DNA of 64,000 nt, taken from the NCBI GenBank assembly GCA_963997635.1, contig CAXEND010000005.1, positions 74,232 to 138,231 on the forward strand. The letters are read 5' to 3'. Below, one piece after another: positions 19,541 to 29,521 of the stretch. The position numbers and the translations under genes are program-made. The notes below the pieces were generated by a model. The model saw nothing but the letters and a program-made list of their open reading frames with translations. It did no database searches and was not told the DNA's origin. Numbering within the stretch: the first letter of the stretch is position 1; every line of letters begins with the position of its first letter. Source of the stretch: an uncultured Rhodospirillaceae bacterium (lineage in GTDB: Bacteria > Pseudomonadota > Alphaproteobacteria > UBA828).

Positions 19541-20550
19541 TTAGATTTTTGTTTTATTGCTCGGGAACATTCACCAATTAATTTAATAGTATTTATTACC
19601 TGATTATGCCTTAGCCCTGGCCATTGGACCCGACATATCAGATGGGTGATTCCAAAATTATTTTTATAATTTAGCATTGTTTCTGTAATAGTTTCTGGGC
19701 TACCAATTAGAAACCTTTCACTACAGAAATCTCTAAAATTTTTCTCAATTGAGTTAATTGAGTCAGCACTTTCTTCCTGTCCCCATGAGGCATAGGTTTT
19801 ATATTTCTTCATTAGGTGTGGTGAAACTTCATCATAGGCTGAAGTAACATTCTCTGAAATATAGACCTCTCTCATTAAAGGTTGATCGACTGTGTCTTGA
19901 AGGCCTTCTTTCTTTCTTTGTTCTCTAAAGAAAGTGAGTTTTTGTGATAATTCCATATTATTTGGTATTGGAAGTGGAATCCAAGCATCTCCAATTTTTG
20001 CGGCTCTTTTTATTGATGCCTCAACTTCCCCAGCAATCCAGACTTTTGGCCCACCTTGTTGATATGGAAGTAGGCTTGGTTGTACCTTGGACATAGAAAA
20101 GAAGTGACCATCAAAACTAACAACCTCCTCATTCCACCAAAGCCTTAAAAGCTCTATAGCTTCAGCAAATCGTTTTCCACGCATTGATTTTTTATGTCCT
20201 GTCGAGATAAATTCACTATCTCTATAGCCTATACCAGCACCAAAAATAACTTTTCCATGAGTCATCCAGTCAAGGGTGGCAATTTCTTCTGCTACACGTA
20301 TTGGACTTTGCATACTAAGAAGAGATATTGCAGTTCCTATTTGCATTTCTCCTGATATAGAAGCAATTCTAGACAATATAGGAATCATCTGAAACATATC
20401 TACGGGGCCTGTAGCAAAATGCTGTCCAGCCCAAACAGAATCTAGGCCTACCGATTTTGCAACCTCTACCTGATCATAAATAAAATCAAGTGATTCAGAA
20501 AGGTTCTCTCCTTCTTCAAATTGTGTAGTCAAGAAGATACCAATTTTCAT
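19537..20550 (-). CDS. LLM-class flavin-dependent oxidoreductase
   Basis: MKIGIFLTTQFEEG...SVWAGQHF N-terminus typical of luciferase-like monooxygenases. 337 aa. Confidence 0.75.
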   Translation of the reverse strand: MKIGIFLTTQFEEGENLSESLDFIYDQVEVAKSVGLDSVWAGQHFATGPVDMFQMIPILSRIASISGEMQIGTAISLLSMQSPIRVAEEIATLDWMTHGKVIFGAGIGYRDSEFISTGHKKSMRGKRFAEAIELLRLWWNEEVVSFDGHFFSMSKVQPSLLPYQQGGPKVWIAGEVEASIKRAAKIGDAWIPLPIPNNMELSQKLTFFREQRKKEGLQDTVDQPLMREVYISENVTSAYDEVSPHLMKKYKTYASWGQEESADSINSIEKNFRDFCSERFLIGSPETITETMLNYKNNFGITHLICRVQWPGLRHNQVINTIKLIGECSRAIKQKSN

Positions 20551-20572
20551 AGTTTTATTCCTATTATTCGAT

Positions 20573-22618
20573 TTAAATTTTACGGCCTAATTGTTCAGCC
20601 TCGTATATAACTTGTGCGGGGCGTCTTGGTGCCATTGCATCTCCAATAAGTTTTCTTTCAAGACCAGATAGTTTTTTTGTATAAAAAAGGCTGTTAATGG
20701 ATTCTCGAAAGGTAGAAAAAATTATAGAGTCAACGTTATCAATAATATGAGTTTTAGTGCCCCAAATAGATAACAGTTGTACTTCTTTTTTGTTTATCGA
20801 TACAACATTAGTTTCTGAAAAAATGTTAATACCAAGTGCTTCCAACTCAGGCATTATTTGCATTAATTCAAGTGTTTTGTAGACTTCTGCTCCAACTCGT
20901 GGTTCGGGTGTTACCATATTAACTTGAGCTTTCGTATCGGATAGCAAAATTTTTGCCACAGCTAGGGGAAGATATCCGCCACTTTCATCTATCATAATTA
21001 TGTTCTTACCCAGAGCTTTATTGTCTTTTAATATCAATGACAAAGCTGTTTCAATATCAAAAACATTTTGTTGTTTATGACCTGGCACTCCCTCCGAACC
21101 AGGTTGGTAAGGGGTTCTTCCGTCCTTTCGCCATCTAGCCCCAGTTGCAACAACTAATGTATCAGGGTTTAAATTAAGTATTTTTTCTTCATTCATTTCA
21201 GCGTTACACTCAATTTTAACATTATTGCTTAAACAACGATGGCTTACATCCTCTATCAAGTCTAGCCATCTTTCTTTACCCTTGAGGTTTGCGTAGTTAA
21301 GTACATGGCCTCCAATCTTATCACTTTTCTCAAAAATACTAATCTCATGTCCGCGTTCTGATGCTATAGCAGAGAAATGTAGGCCACTAATTCCTCCACC
21401 AATGACAACTATTGATTTTCTCTTTAAATCCTGAACAGGAGATATTTTTGTATGAGACCATTCACTTGATTTTTCTCTACCAGTAGAAGGGTTTACTAGG
21501 CATGCTGCGGGCCGTTGATCAAATATTCGTGAAATGCACTCATTGGCTCCAATACATCTACGTATTTCCTTTTCACGACCCTCTTTAGTTTTTGTGACCA
21601 AATGAGGGTCTGCAAAATGTGCACGTGTAAGAGCTACCATGTCGGCGGCATTCTCCGTAAGTATCTCTTCTGCTTCGTATAAGTTTGTAACACGACCTGC
21701 CAAAAATATCTTCGCTTTATTACCGACCGCACGTTTTGCTATAATCCCAAGTGGGAGATTTATCTTGCTGGGAGATCCCATTGGCGGTACTGCAGCAGCA
21801 AATGTGTGATAACCACCAGCTGAAATATTAATAAAGTCAAAAAGACCACTTCGTGCAAATATTTCTACTTGTTCTTCACCCTGTTCGGAGGTAGTACCTG
21901 CAGAACCTAAATGTTCTTCGACAGATAACCTAACACCAAGTGTAAAATCTGGACCTACTGATTCTCTTACTTTTTCGGCAGTTTCTACTATGAATCGACA
22001 TCTATTTTTATTGTTTCCACCGTACTCATCTGTCCTATTATTGTAGGTGGGGCTAAGAAATTGACCAAGCATATAGCTATGTGCCGCATGTAACTCTACT
22101 CCATCTAGCCCAGCTATTTTTGCGTTATTTGCAGATTTAGCAAATCCCATTTGCAGATCATTAATATCTTCTTTATCCACAACATGTGGAACTTCTTTAT
22201 GAAAAATGGAAGGGATATCTGAAACACCCCATAGAGGATGCCATTCATCAAATATCATATTTCCTTTATCATGGACACCTGCTGCAAATAATTGTGCAAA
22301 AATTTTACCCTCATATTCATGGACTGCATTTGCAAGTTTAGCGTATTGGGGAACTACTCTTTCTTCCCAAGCTGTACAACCATCATAGAATGACCCTTTG
22401 CTGAGTTTGTGTCCTGCTTGTTGTTCTGTGATGATCAGTCCAGCACCTCCCTTCGCACGCTCTTTATAATAAATAATGTGTCTATCGCTAAGGAGATTGT
22501 TTTCTCCGTAAAATACACCCATTGCTGTCATCATTATTCTATTTCTTACTTTGGTATTTCCTATTGTCAGTGGTTCCCATACTCGATCTAGATTGGTATT
22601 GTTAGCTTTTATTCCCAT
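20573..22618 (-). CDS. Two-domain NADH:flavin oxidoreductase (OYE-like FMN domain plus FAD/NAD(P)-binding domain), FadH/trimethylamine-dehydrogenase (TMADH) family
   Basis: OYE motifs (LTIGNTKVRNRIMMTAM, HAAHSYMLGQFLSPTYNNRTDEYGG). Degenerate 3-Cys region CIGANECISRIFDQRPAACLVNP aligning to the FadH 4Fe-4S motif. C-terminal GGGISG dinucleotide fold. Confidence 0.75.
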   Translation of the reverse strand: MGIKANNTNLDRVWEPLTIGNTKVRNRIMMTAMGVFYGENNLLSDRHIIYYKERAKGGAGLIITEQQAGHKLSKGSFYDGCTAWEERVVPQYAKLANAVHEYEGKIFAQLFAAGVHDKGNMIFDEWHPLWGVSDIPSIFHKEVPHVVDKEDINDLQMGFAKSANNAKIAGLDGVELHAAHSYMLGQFLSPTYNNRTDEYGGNNKNRCRFIVETAEKVRESVGPDFTLGVRLSVEEHLGSAGTTSEQGEEQVEIFARSGLFDFINISAGGYHTFAAAVPPMGSPSKINLPLGIIAKRAVGNKAKIFLAGRVTNLYEAEEILTENAADMVALTRAHFADPHLVTKTKEGREKEIRRCIGANECISRIFDQRPAACLVNPSTGREKSSEWSHTKISPVQDLKRKSIVVIGGGISGLHFSAIASERGHEISIFEKSDKIGGHVLNYANLKGKERWLDLIEDVSHRCLSNNVKIECNAEMNEEKILNLNPDTLVVATGARWRKDGRTPYQPGSEGVPGHKQQNVFDIETALSLILKDNKALGKNIIMIDESGGYLPLAVAKILLSDTKAQVNMVTPEPRVGAEVYKTLELMQIMPELEALGINIFSETNVVSINKKEVQLLSIWGTKTHIIDNVDSIIFSTFRESINSLFYTKKLSGLERKLIGDAMAPRRPAQVIYEAEQLGRKI

Positions 22619-22636
22619 TTTTACTCCCCCAAGTTT

Positions 22637-24604
22637 TTATTTAGTAAGCTTATTTAAAATTTTTGATCCATCGCTTATTGCCCCTGCCAGACCACGAGGG
22701 GAGTCACAATCACCCGCTAATATACATTCTAGGCCAGAATTAGTAAGTGGCTGGAAAAGCTCATCGTTTGGACTTTTAGGTGTTGCAAATGTTAAAAATG
22801 TTACTTCATTAATTTGGTTTATCTCATTATTGATTGGGTTTTTTATAGTAAGTATATTTTTTTGGTATTTAGTAGGGATTGAAAAAGGTACGATTTCAAT
22901 GCCCAATTTTAGAAGTCTCCTGAAAACTCCAATTAAGGATATATAATTGATTTTAGTTCCGATTGTTGGTTTAGGGGTTAAAAGAATAACCTTTTCAAAC
23001 CTAGAGGCTAGAAGTTCAGCTGCTGCATAACAAGCAGACGTATGATCTTGGTCATATATGACTGCAGTACCTTCCATTTTTTCTTCTGTTTGTGCCAAAA
23101 AATACGTTGATTCTATAATATCTGTTACATTTTTAATTTTCTTTAATGAACTAGGCCAAGAAAGGCTTGCTCCAGATGCAAGAACTACATGAGTTGGATC
23201 TAACTCTAAAATAGTATCTTGTGTAATATTTGTGTGGGTAATTTTTACTCCGAGCTCTTGTAGCCGATTTTTTTGAAAGTTGATTTCTTCATTAATAATT
23301 GATCTTCCAGGAAGCGAGGCTTCCCATTTTAATTTTCCTCCAAGAGATTCTGAATTTGTTAATAGACTGACATCAGAAAAATATTTTGAGGCTGTTGCAG
23401 CAGACTCCATACCTGCTATGCCACCACCAACAATCACAATCCTATTTTTTCTTTTAGATATATTTTTTGAATGTTTGGAGGGTTTTCTATCTAAATCACT
23501 ATCACCGTGGATACATTTCATTCCACGTCCAGCATGTATTTCACCCCAGCAAAAATTACAATATATACAAGGGCGGATTGATGATTCATTGTTATATTTG
23601 ATCTTATTAACAAATTCGGGGTCACTAATTAAGGCTCTACTAAAGCCAATTAGATCGGCTTTGTTTTCTTTCAAAATATTTTCAGCTGCATTTGCAGATT
23701 CAATTTTCCCAACGGTGATTATAGGTAGTTTGCCGATTGAATCTTTAAGTTTGGCGTGAATATCTTGGAACGGTCTATTAGGAAAGTGCATATCAGGTAG
23801 ATGGTCTTCTAGACTCGGAGAAAAGTTTCCTTGGCTGAAACAAAGATAATCTATTGGCATGGTATCAGAAACAATAAGTGCAATTTTTTTAGCTTCTGTA
23901 GGACCTATGCCACCATCAACACCTTCATCACATGGCATTTTCAGGCCAACAATAAATTTATCTCCGCATAAATCTCTTATTTTATGTGATATTTCATATA
24001 TTATACGCAGACGTTTTTCACGATTACCCCCATAGTTATCATTCCTTTTATTAGAAAAAGGGGACATAAACTGGGTTAAAAGATATCCATGTGCACCATG
24101 AAGTTCTACTCCTGAGAAACCCGCATTTTGTAAAAGCTTTGCAGATTGGCAAAAACCATTAATAATATCTTCTATATTGGATAGATTCATTTTACGAGGT
24201 ACGGTCCAACTTAAAGGGTCAGGTTCTGAGGATGCACTGAGGGGGGTGGATAGAGGATTCCAGAGTTGTTGTCGCCCTACATGACCAATCTGGCCAATCA
24301 GGTTGCTACCTTTATTAGATACAGCACTTGCCCATTGTGAAAATAACTTGTTATTTTTAGAATCATAGGCACTAACGAGGAATGGATTTGCAATTGACGT
24401 TTGATGAACTGGCATCAATTCAGTAACTATCATTCCAACCCCGTTTGAGGCCAGTGTCCTATGGTAGTTTATAAGTTTTGGTGTTGGTGATGTGTTAGCA
24501 CCATAACCTGTTACGGTAGCCGTATGAACAAACCTATTTTGGATTGTTATCTGGCCTATCTTTATTGGTGCAAATAGATTTGGATATTTATTATGTTTTT
24601 TCAT
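22637..24604 (-). CDS. Two-domain NADH:flavin oxidoreductase, FadH/TMADH family, with a 4-Cys cluster motif
   Basis: LFAPIKIGQITIQNRFVHTA. HGAHGYLLTQFMSPFSNKRNDNYGG. CIYCNFCWGEIHAGRGMKCIHGD. GGGIAG FAD fold. The start is adjusted from the TTG at 24646 to the ATG at 24604 (MKKHNKYPNLFAPI...), which matches OYE N-termini. Confidence 0.75.
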   Translation of the reverse strand: MKKHNKYPNLFAPIKIGQITIQNRFVHTATVTGYGANTSPTPKLINYHRTLASNGVGMIVTELMPVHQTSIANPFLVSAYDSKNNKLFSQWASAVSNKGSNLIGQIGHVGRQQLWNPLSTPLSASSEPDPLSWTVPRKMNLSNIEDIINGFCQSAKLLQNAGFSGVELHGAHGYLLTQFMSPFSNKRNDNYGGNREKRLRIIYEISHKIRDLCGDKFIVGLKMPCDEGVDGGIGPTEAKKIALIVSDTMPIDYLCFSQGNFSPSLEDHLPDMHFPNRPFQDIHAKLKDSIGKLPIITVGKIESANAAENILKENKADLIGFSRALISDPEFVNKIKYNNESSIRPCIYCNFCWGEIHAGRGMKCIHGDSDLDRKPSKHSKNISKRKNRIVIVGGGIAGMESAATASKYFSDVSLLTNSESLGGKLKWEASLPGRSIINEEINFQKNRLQELGVKITHTNITQDTILELDPTHVVLASGASLSWPSSLKKIKNVTDIIESTYFLAQTEEKMEGTAVIYDQDHTSACYAAAELLASRFEKVILLTPKPTIGTKINYISLIGVFRRLLKLGIEIVPFSIPTKYQKNILTIKNPINNEINQINEVTFLTFATPKSPNDELFQPLTNSGLECILAGDCDSPRGLAGAISDGSKILNKLTK

Positions 24605-24674
24605 TTCCCCCCCCCACCGAGCATTTATAAGACTTCGGATATCCAATGTTAAGGTTAGCTGCTAGGAGGTGCAA
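24605..24674. promoter_or_regulatory. Short divergent leader region containing a G9/C9 homopolymer 3 nt upstream of the flavoenzyme start codon
   Basis: On the minus strand the sequence reads GGTGGGGGGGGGAAATG. AGGAGG lies upstream of the GMC gene on the plus strand. Confidence 0.3.
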
Positions 24675-26282
24675 GTGGAGACGTTTGATTTTATTATAAT
24701 TGGAGCAGGGACGGCTGGCTGTGTTTTAGCAAATCGTTTGACTGAAGACCCTAATACTTCTGTTTTACTAATTGAGGCTGGAGGGGTTGACAATCATCCA
24801 ATATTGAAACTACCCCTTTTCGCAGGCGTAGCTTATAATTATGCTCCTACCAATTGGGGCTATACAGCACAAGAGGGAGAAAATTTGTTTGGTAGGGAAA
24901 TCCCATGGCCAAGAGGAAAGGTTCTAGGCGGAACCTCTAGTATAAACGGAATGATGCATATTAGGGGTAACCCTGATGACTTTGACCGATGGGCCAGATC
25001 AGGGGCGGCGGGCTGGTCTTATGATGAAGTGCTCCCTTATTTCCTCAAAGCAGAGGGAAATCTTGATAGGGATGGAGAATATCATAATAAAAATGGACCC
25101 TTTAAAGTTACTTCTGCACATTCTCCACATACTTTATATAGAACTTTTATAAATGCCTGCGAGTCAGCCGGCTACAAATATAATTCGGATTTAAATGGGA
25201 AAAGTCAGGATGGTATTGGCAGACAAGATTTTAATATTCATAGGGGAAGAAGAGTTAGTGCATCAACGGCGTATTTAAATCCAATAAAGTCTAGAAAAAA
25301 TATTAGAATTTTAACAAATAACCACGTTGCCAGAGTTCTTTTTAAGAATTCAAGAGCAATTGGTGTAGAATGTATAGAAACTAGAAATAAAAAGAAGGTG
25401 AATTTCTCAGTAACTAAAGAGGTCATTGTTAGTGCTGGAACAGTTAATTCCCCACAAATACTTCAGTTATCTGGTATAGGTGATATTCATTTACTAAAAA
25501 AATTAGATATACCAGTTGTTAAAGAACTTCCATCTGTAGGTCAAAATCTCCAGGATCATCTTGGAGCTTATGTACAAGTATCATGCAGAAAAAAAATCTC
25601 TCTTTATAATCTTTTTAGGAAAGATCGTTTAGCACTTGCTATTGCCCAAGCTATATTATTTCGAACTGGGCCTGCTACTTCTATACCTTTAGAGGCAGGA
25701 GGTTTTGTTAGGGCTGATGAGGCTTCAAAGTTACCTGACTTTCAGATTACTTTCTGTCCAGGCCTTTCCTTAGAGACAACTAGGCAGGGGCAGGGTAGGC
25801 ATGGATACTTGGTTCATTACTATTTAGCTAGACCTAAGAGTCGTGGAACTATTGAGATAGTATCCAAAGACCCATGTGCTTTTCCACTTATCAAACCAAA
25901 CTCACTATCTGATCCTACTGACCTTAAGTTAATGATAGCTGGTCTGGAGATAGCAAGAAATATTTTGGCACAAAATGCTTTTGATGAAGTGCGTGGCATG
26001 GAAATTTCTCCTGGAACCGATGTCTCGGGGGAGGATAGAGAGGCACATTGGATCAAGCAGAATGCTACAACAGTATGGCATCCAACAAGTACTTGTAAAA
26101 TGGGTGAGGATAATTCATCTGTAGTTAATTCAGATCTTAAGGTATTTGGAATAAATAATTTAAGAGTTGTAGATGCTTCAATTATGCCATCAATAACAAC
26201 AGGAAATACAGCAACACCCACAATTATGATTGCTGAAAAGGCATCTGATCTTATCAAGAATGACCATAGTTTATTACTGTAA
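24675..26282 (+). CDS. GMC-family oxidoreductase (choline/alcohol dehydrogenase-like)
   Basis: N-terminal FDFIIIGAGTAGCVLANRL FAD fold. Conserved GMC C-terminus (VVDASIMPSITTGNT). The GTG start at 24669 or 24675 is ambiguous; AGGAGG spacing favours 24675. Confidence 0.8.
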   Translation: METFDFIIIGAGTAGCVLANRLTEDPNTSVLLIEAGGVDNHPILKLPLFAGVAYNYAPTNWGYTAQEGENLFGREIPWPRGKVLGGTSSINGMMHIRGNPDDFDRWARSGAAGWSYDEVLPYFLKAEGNLDRDGEYHNKNGPFKVTSAHSPHTLYRTFINACESAGYKYNSDLNGKSQDGIGRQDFNIHRGRRVSASTAYLNPIKSRKNIRILTNNHVARVLFKNSRAIGVECIETRNKKKVNFSVTKEVIVSAGTVNSPQILQLSGIGDIHLLKKLDIPVVKELPSVGQNLQDHLGAYVQVSCRKKISLYNLFRKDRLALAIAQAILFRTGPATSIPLEAGGFVRADEASKLPDFQITFCPGLSLETTRQGQGRHGYLVHYYLARPKSRGTIEIVSKDPCAFPLIKPNSLSDPTDLKLMIAGLEIARNILAQNAFDEVRGMEISPGTDVSGEDREAHWIKQNATTVWHPTSTCKMGEDNSSVVNSDLKVFGINNLRVVDASIMPSITTGNTATPTIMIAEKASDLIKNDHSLLL

Positions 26283-26387
26283 TACATAGATCTCTGTTTT
26301 TTATCAAAACCTTTTAATGAAAGAGTATTTTAAAATACCTTGATGTCTTAAACTTATAAGGGCAATCTATTAGAATGTTTTTAAATA

Positions 26388-27149
26388 GTGGAGGAAGTAT
26401 TGGCCGACTCTGAAAAAAAACAAATAAAAACTATGATTCTAACAGGTGCAAGTCGAGGGATTGGTCATGCTACTGTGAAGCGATTTAGTGCTGCTGGTTG
26501 GAGAGTGATAACCTGTTCACGCCAACCGTTCTCTGAGGCGTGTCCCTGGGAGGCAGGGGAGGAAGATCATATACAGGTAGACCTTAGAAACAGTGAAGAT
26601 ACCGAACGTGGCATTGCAGAAATGAGAAAACGTCTGAAGAGCGGAGTTCTACACGCCCTTGTGAACAACGCAGGTATTTCTCCAAAGGGTTTAGATGGAA
26701 ATAGGCTTGATAGTATAGAAACTGATCTCGATATTTGGCATAAGGTATTTCAGGTTAATTTTTATGGTCCTCTCATGCTTGCAAAAGGCTTAAGAGCTGA
26801 GCTTAAGTCAGCAAGGGGGGCTATTGTTAATGTAACTTCTATAGCGGGAAGTCGTGTTCATCCTTTTGCAGGTAGTGCCTATGCAACATCTAAGGCAGCA
26901 CTAGCTGCCTTAACAAGAGAAATGGCCGCAGATTTTGGTTCACATGGTGTGCGTGTTAATGCTATTGCTCCGGGTGAAATATCAACTCCTATTTTGTCAC
27001 CCAGAGCAGAAGGTATGTTAAATGAGATTCCTATGAATCGTTTGGGCCAACCAGCGGAAGTTGCCGCAGCTATTTATTTTTTATGTGCAGAAAATTCAAG
27101 TTATATTACAGGTGGGGAGTTACATATAAATGGCGGCCAACATGTTTAA
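26388..27149 (+). CDS. SDR-family short-chain dehydrogenase
   Basis: TGASRGIG cofactor motif. YATSKAAL (YxxxK) catalytic motif. The start is uncertain (GTG 26388, TTG 26400 or ATG 26433). Confidence 0.75.
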   Translation: MEEVLADSEKKQIKTMILTGASRGIGHATVKRFSAAGWRVITCSRQPFSEACPWEAGEEDHIQVDLRNSEDTERGIAEMRKRLKSGVLHALVNNAGISPKGLDGNRLDSIETDLDIWHKVFQVNFYGPLMLAKGLRAELKSARGAIVNVTSIAGSRVHPFAGSAYATSKAALAALTREMAADFGSHGVRVNAIAPGEISTPILSPRAEGMLNEIPMNRLGQPAEVAAAIYFLCAENSSYITGGELHINGGQHV

Positions 27150-27205
27150 AGTTATATCTCTTATTAATAAATTTGAATGAGTTCTCAGTTTCAAACAATT
27201 CAATA

Positions 27206-27988
27206 TTAGTCATTTAGAAATTGTTTAATCAAGATTGCAAGTTCATTCGGCTTTTCAAGACAAGGTATATGTCCGGCACCATTTATAATGGCTAATCTCG
27301 CTCCAGGGATAATCTCTGAGGTTTCTCTAACAACATCTACTGGTGTAGATCCATCTTCATCTCCCACAACGCAGAGAATAGGGATTTTTATTTTTTTTGC
27401 AGCTGTTGTAAAGTCTGCATCTCTTATTGCTGCACATGTCCCAAGATAGCCCTCTTGAGGGGTACATAAAAACATATTTCGTGCACCTTCCACTTCTGTG
27501 GGATTATCATACTTAAATTTTTTAGAAAACCATCTCTCCATGGTGGAATCAACTAATATTTCAAGGCCACTCTCTTTAACAGCTGCAATTCTAGAGTTCC
27601 AAGTTTCTCGGTTAAGAATCTTATGTGCTGTATCACAGAGGACTGCTGATTGAACAATATCAGGTCTAGTATTAATTAAACCCTGTGTAATTAATCCACC
27701 AACAGATAGGCCAACCATAGACAATTCTGATATTTCTAGGAAATCTATTAGCTCTGAAAGATCATTTATATGATCATCAATCTTATAAGGCGAAAGTGGA
27801 CATGAGGATAATCCATGTCCGCGGTTATCATATCTTATAATTCTAAATTCAGATTTTAATGCTTTTACTAAGTCATTCCAGATTCGAAAATCTGTTCCCA
27901 ATGAATTTGAAAAAACTATTGTTTTAGCCTCACGTGGGCCTTCATCAAGATAATGTATCACTATTCCATTTAATTTAACAAATGCCAT
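27206..27988 (-). CDS. Alpha/beta hydrolase (3-oxoadipate enol-lactonase-like)
   Basis: 260 aa. HGLS and GLSVGG nucleophile elbow. Lactonase/haloperoxidase-like architecture. Confidence 0.65.
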   Translation of the reverse strand: MAFVKLNGIVIHYLDEGPREAKTIVFSNSLGTDFRIWNDLVKALKSEFRIIRYDNRGHGLSSCPLSPYKIDDHINDLSELIDFLEISELSMVGLSVGGLITQGLINTRPDIVQSAVLCDTAHKILNRETWNSRIAAVKESGLEILVDSTMERWFSKKFKYDNPTEVEGARNMFLCTPQEGYLGTCAAIRDADFTTAAKKIKIPILCVVGDEDGSTPVDVVRETSEIIPGARLAIINGAGHIPCLEKPNELAILIKQFLND

Positions 27989-28044
27989 TACTTAGACTCC
28001 ATTACAAAAACAAAGTTATTCATTCTAAGTTTCAAAAAAACTAT

Positions 28045-28962
28045 TTATGTTCTTTTCTTCTTTGTAAGTATAAGAAAAAAAGAACCAAGCATTAACAGTG
28101 AAGCAAACCAAACCCAAGAACTTGGTGACTCAGAAAAAAACACCCAACCCCAGAAAAATCCAAATATTACTGCAATTATATTCATCATAGACCATGTGAA
28201 GGCTCCAGTAATTTGAATTGTTCCGTAAAATAGTGGCCAAATGAGAGTGTTGATACAAATTGCTGAAATAACGGACCAGCTGCCGTCTGAATTTGATGAA
28301 GCAAAGGGCACCCAAACTTGCCCAGTTATAATCATTACTGGCAGCAAAATTATGGAGGACATGGTGCAAATACCTAAAGAAAGAGAAATTATCCCCAATT
28401 TGGGGGGGCTATACTTTTCAACAAAAACATTTAATGCCCCAAAACAAGCAGGGGATATAAGTGCAAGTAGTGCCCACCCGACCATATGACTCTCGGGTAA
28501 TCCTCCACTGGGTATAACAACTAATAAAACACCTGAGATGCCTAATAACAATCCTACAATACTTCGTAATTGAATTTTTTCTAATCGAAAGGCAAGAGAC
28601 CAAATATATGTAAAAACCGGAGTAAGTATGACAAATAATATTGCAATTCCAGATGGTAATTTTTCTGCAACAAAAGAAAAAACGGCAAAAGGGAATGCAA
28701 ATCCAAGAAATGCACTTACAGCATGAGTTCTTATATGTACCCAGCTAGTAGGAAATTCCTCACGCTTTATAGTTGCAATTATTGCGAAGGTTACTGTAGC
28801 TCCAAGTGCATACCAAAATACATATGCAACAAATGGCACTTCAGCAGTCCCAGCCCATTTGTTTACAGAAAACAAAAGACTAAAATTGACACCTGCTATG
28901 ACTATTAAGAAAAATTTTAAGATCACTAAAGATTGGTGAGAGATATTCAATTTCATAAGCAA
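28045..28962 (-). CDS. DMT-superfamily (EamA-like) transporter
   Basis: 305 aa with about 10 predicted TM helices arranged as two repeated halves. Confidence 0.65.
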   Translation of the reverse strand: MLMKLNISHQSLVILKFFLIVIAGVNFSLLFSVNKWAGTAEVPFVAYVFWYALGATVTFAIIATIKREEFPTSWVHIRTHAVSAFLGFAFPFAVFSFVAEKLPSGIAILFVILTPVFTYIWSLAFRLEKIQLRSIVGLLLGISGVLLVVIPSGGLPESHMVGWALLALISPACFGALNVFVEKYSPPKLGIISLSLGICTMSSIILLPVMIITGQVWVPFASSNSDGSWSVISAICINTLIWPLFYGTIQITGAFTWSMMNIIAVIFGFFWGWVFFSESPSSWVWFASLLMLGSFFLILTKKKRT

Positions 28963-29080
28963 AATTTTCGATTAAGTAAGTTTATAAAATAGGTTTATTT
29001 TACTTTAAATTCATTTTTAAAGTATATATTATTTAAAGTTGGCCTGATGAATAGGTTTATATAATATTTTTGGAGATGTT

Positions 29081-29497
29081 ATGGAATCTAAAATTATATG
29101 GGTGAAAGACAAGAGTTTTCTCGGTGTCTCTGGATCAGGACATTCTCTAGTTTTAGGATCTACTAGCAGAGATGATGGTAAAAGTTTGCAACCCAGTCCT
29201 ATGGAACTTCTTTTGATGGGTATGGGTGGTTGTAGTGCATACGATGTTATCGATATTTTAGAGAAAACGGGTGTGCCAATAAAATCATTTGAAATTTTCA
29301 TCCACGCAGAGCGTTCAAAACAAGACCCTAAGGTTTTTACAGATATTTTATTGATTTATAAATTTGGAGGCGAAAAAGTTCTTTTCGACGATGTAAGGAA
29401 TGCAGTGGATCTATCAATTGATAAGTACTGTTCAGCTTCTGCTATGATATCAAAAACAGCTGATATTAAATATAAGATCGAATTTCTTGAGGATTGA
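29081..29497 (+). CDS. OsmC/Ohr-family peroxiredoxin-like protein
   Basis: 138 aa. Conserved cysteines in GGCSAYD and KYCSASAM. Confidence 0.7.
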   Translation: MESKIIWVKDKSFLGVSGSGHSLVLGSTSRDDGKSLQPSPMELLLMGMGGCSAYDVIDILEKTGVPIKSFEIFIHAERSKQDPKVFTDILLIYKFGGEKVLFDDVRNAVDLSIDKYCSASAMISKTADIKYKIEFLED

Positions 29498-29521
29498 GTT
29501 TATAATAGTAAAACGGTGTTG

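Noticed and set aside
22551-22946. 131-aa plus-strand ORF spanning the junction of the two FadH-like genes
   Set aside because: It overlaps the 3' end of one strongly supported minus-strand CDS and the start of another, and its proline/serine-rich composition is typical of out-of-frame translation, so it is most likely spurious.
28402-28408. G7 homopolymer inside the DMT transporter gene as a possible phase-variation site
   Set aside because: On the coding strand it encodes Pro-Pro (YSPPKLG) within a conserved loop. The tract is short enough to be ordinary coding sequence, with no evidence of variability.
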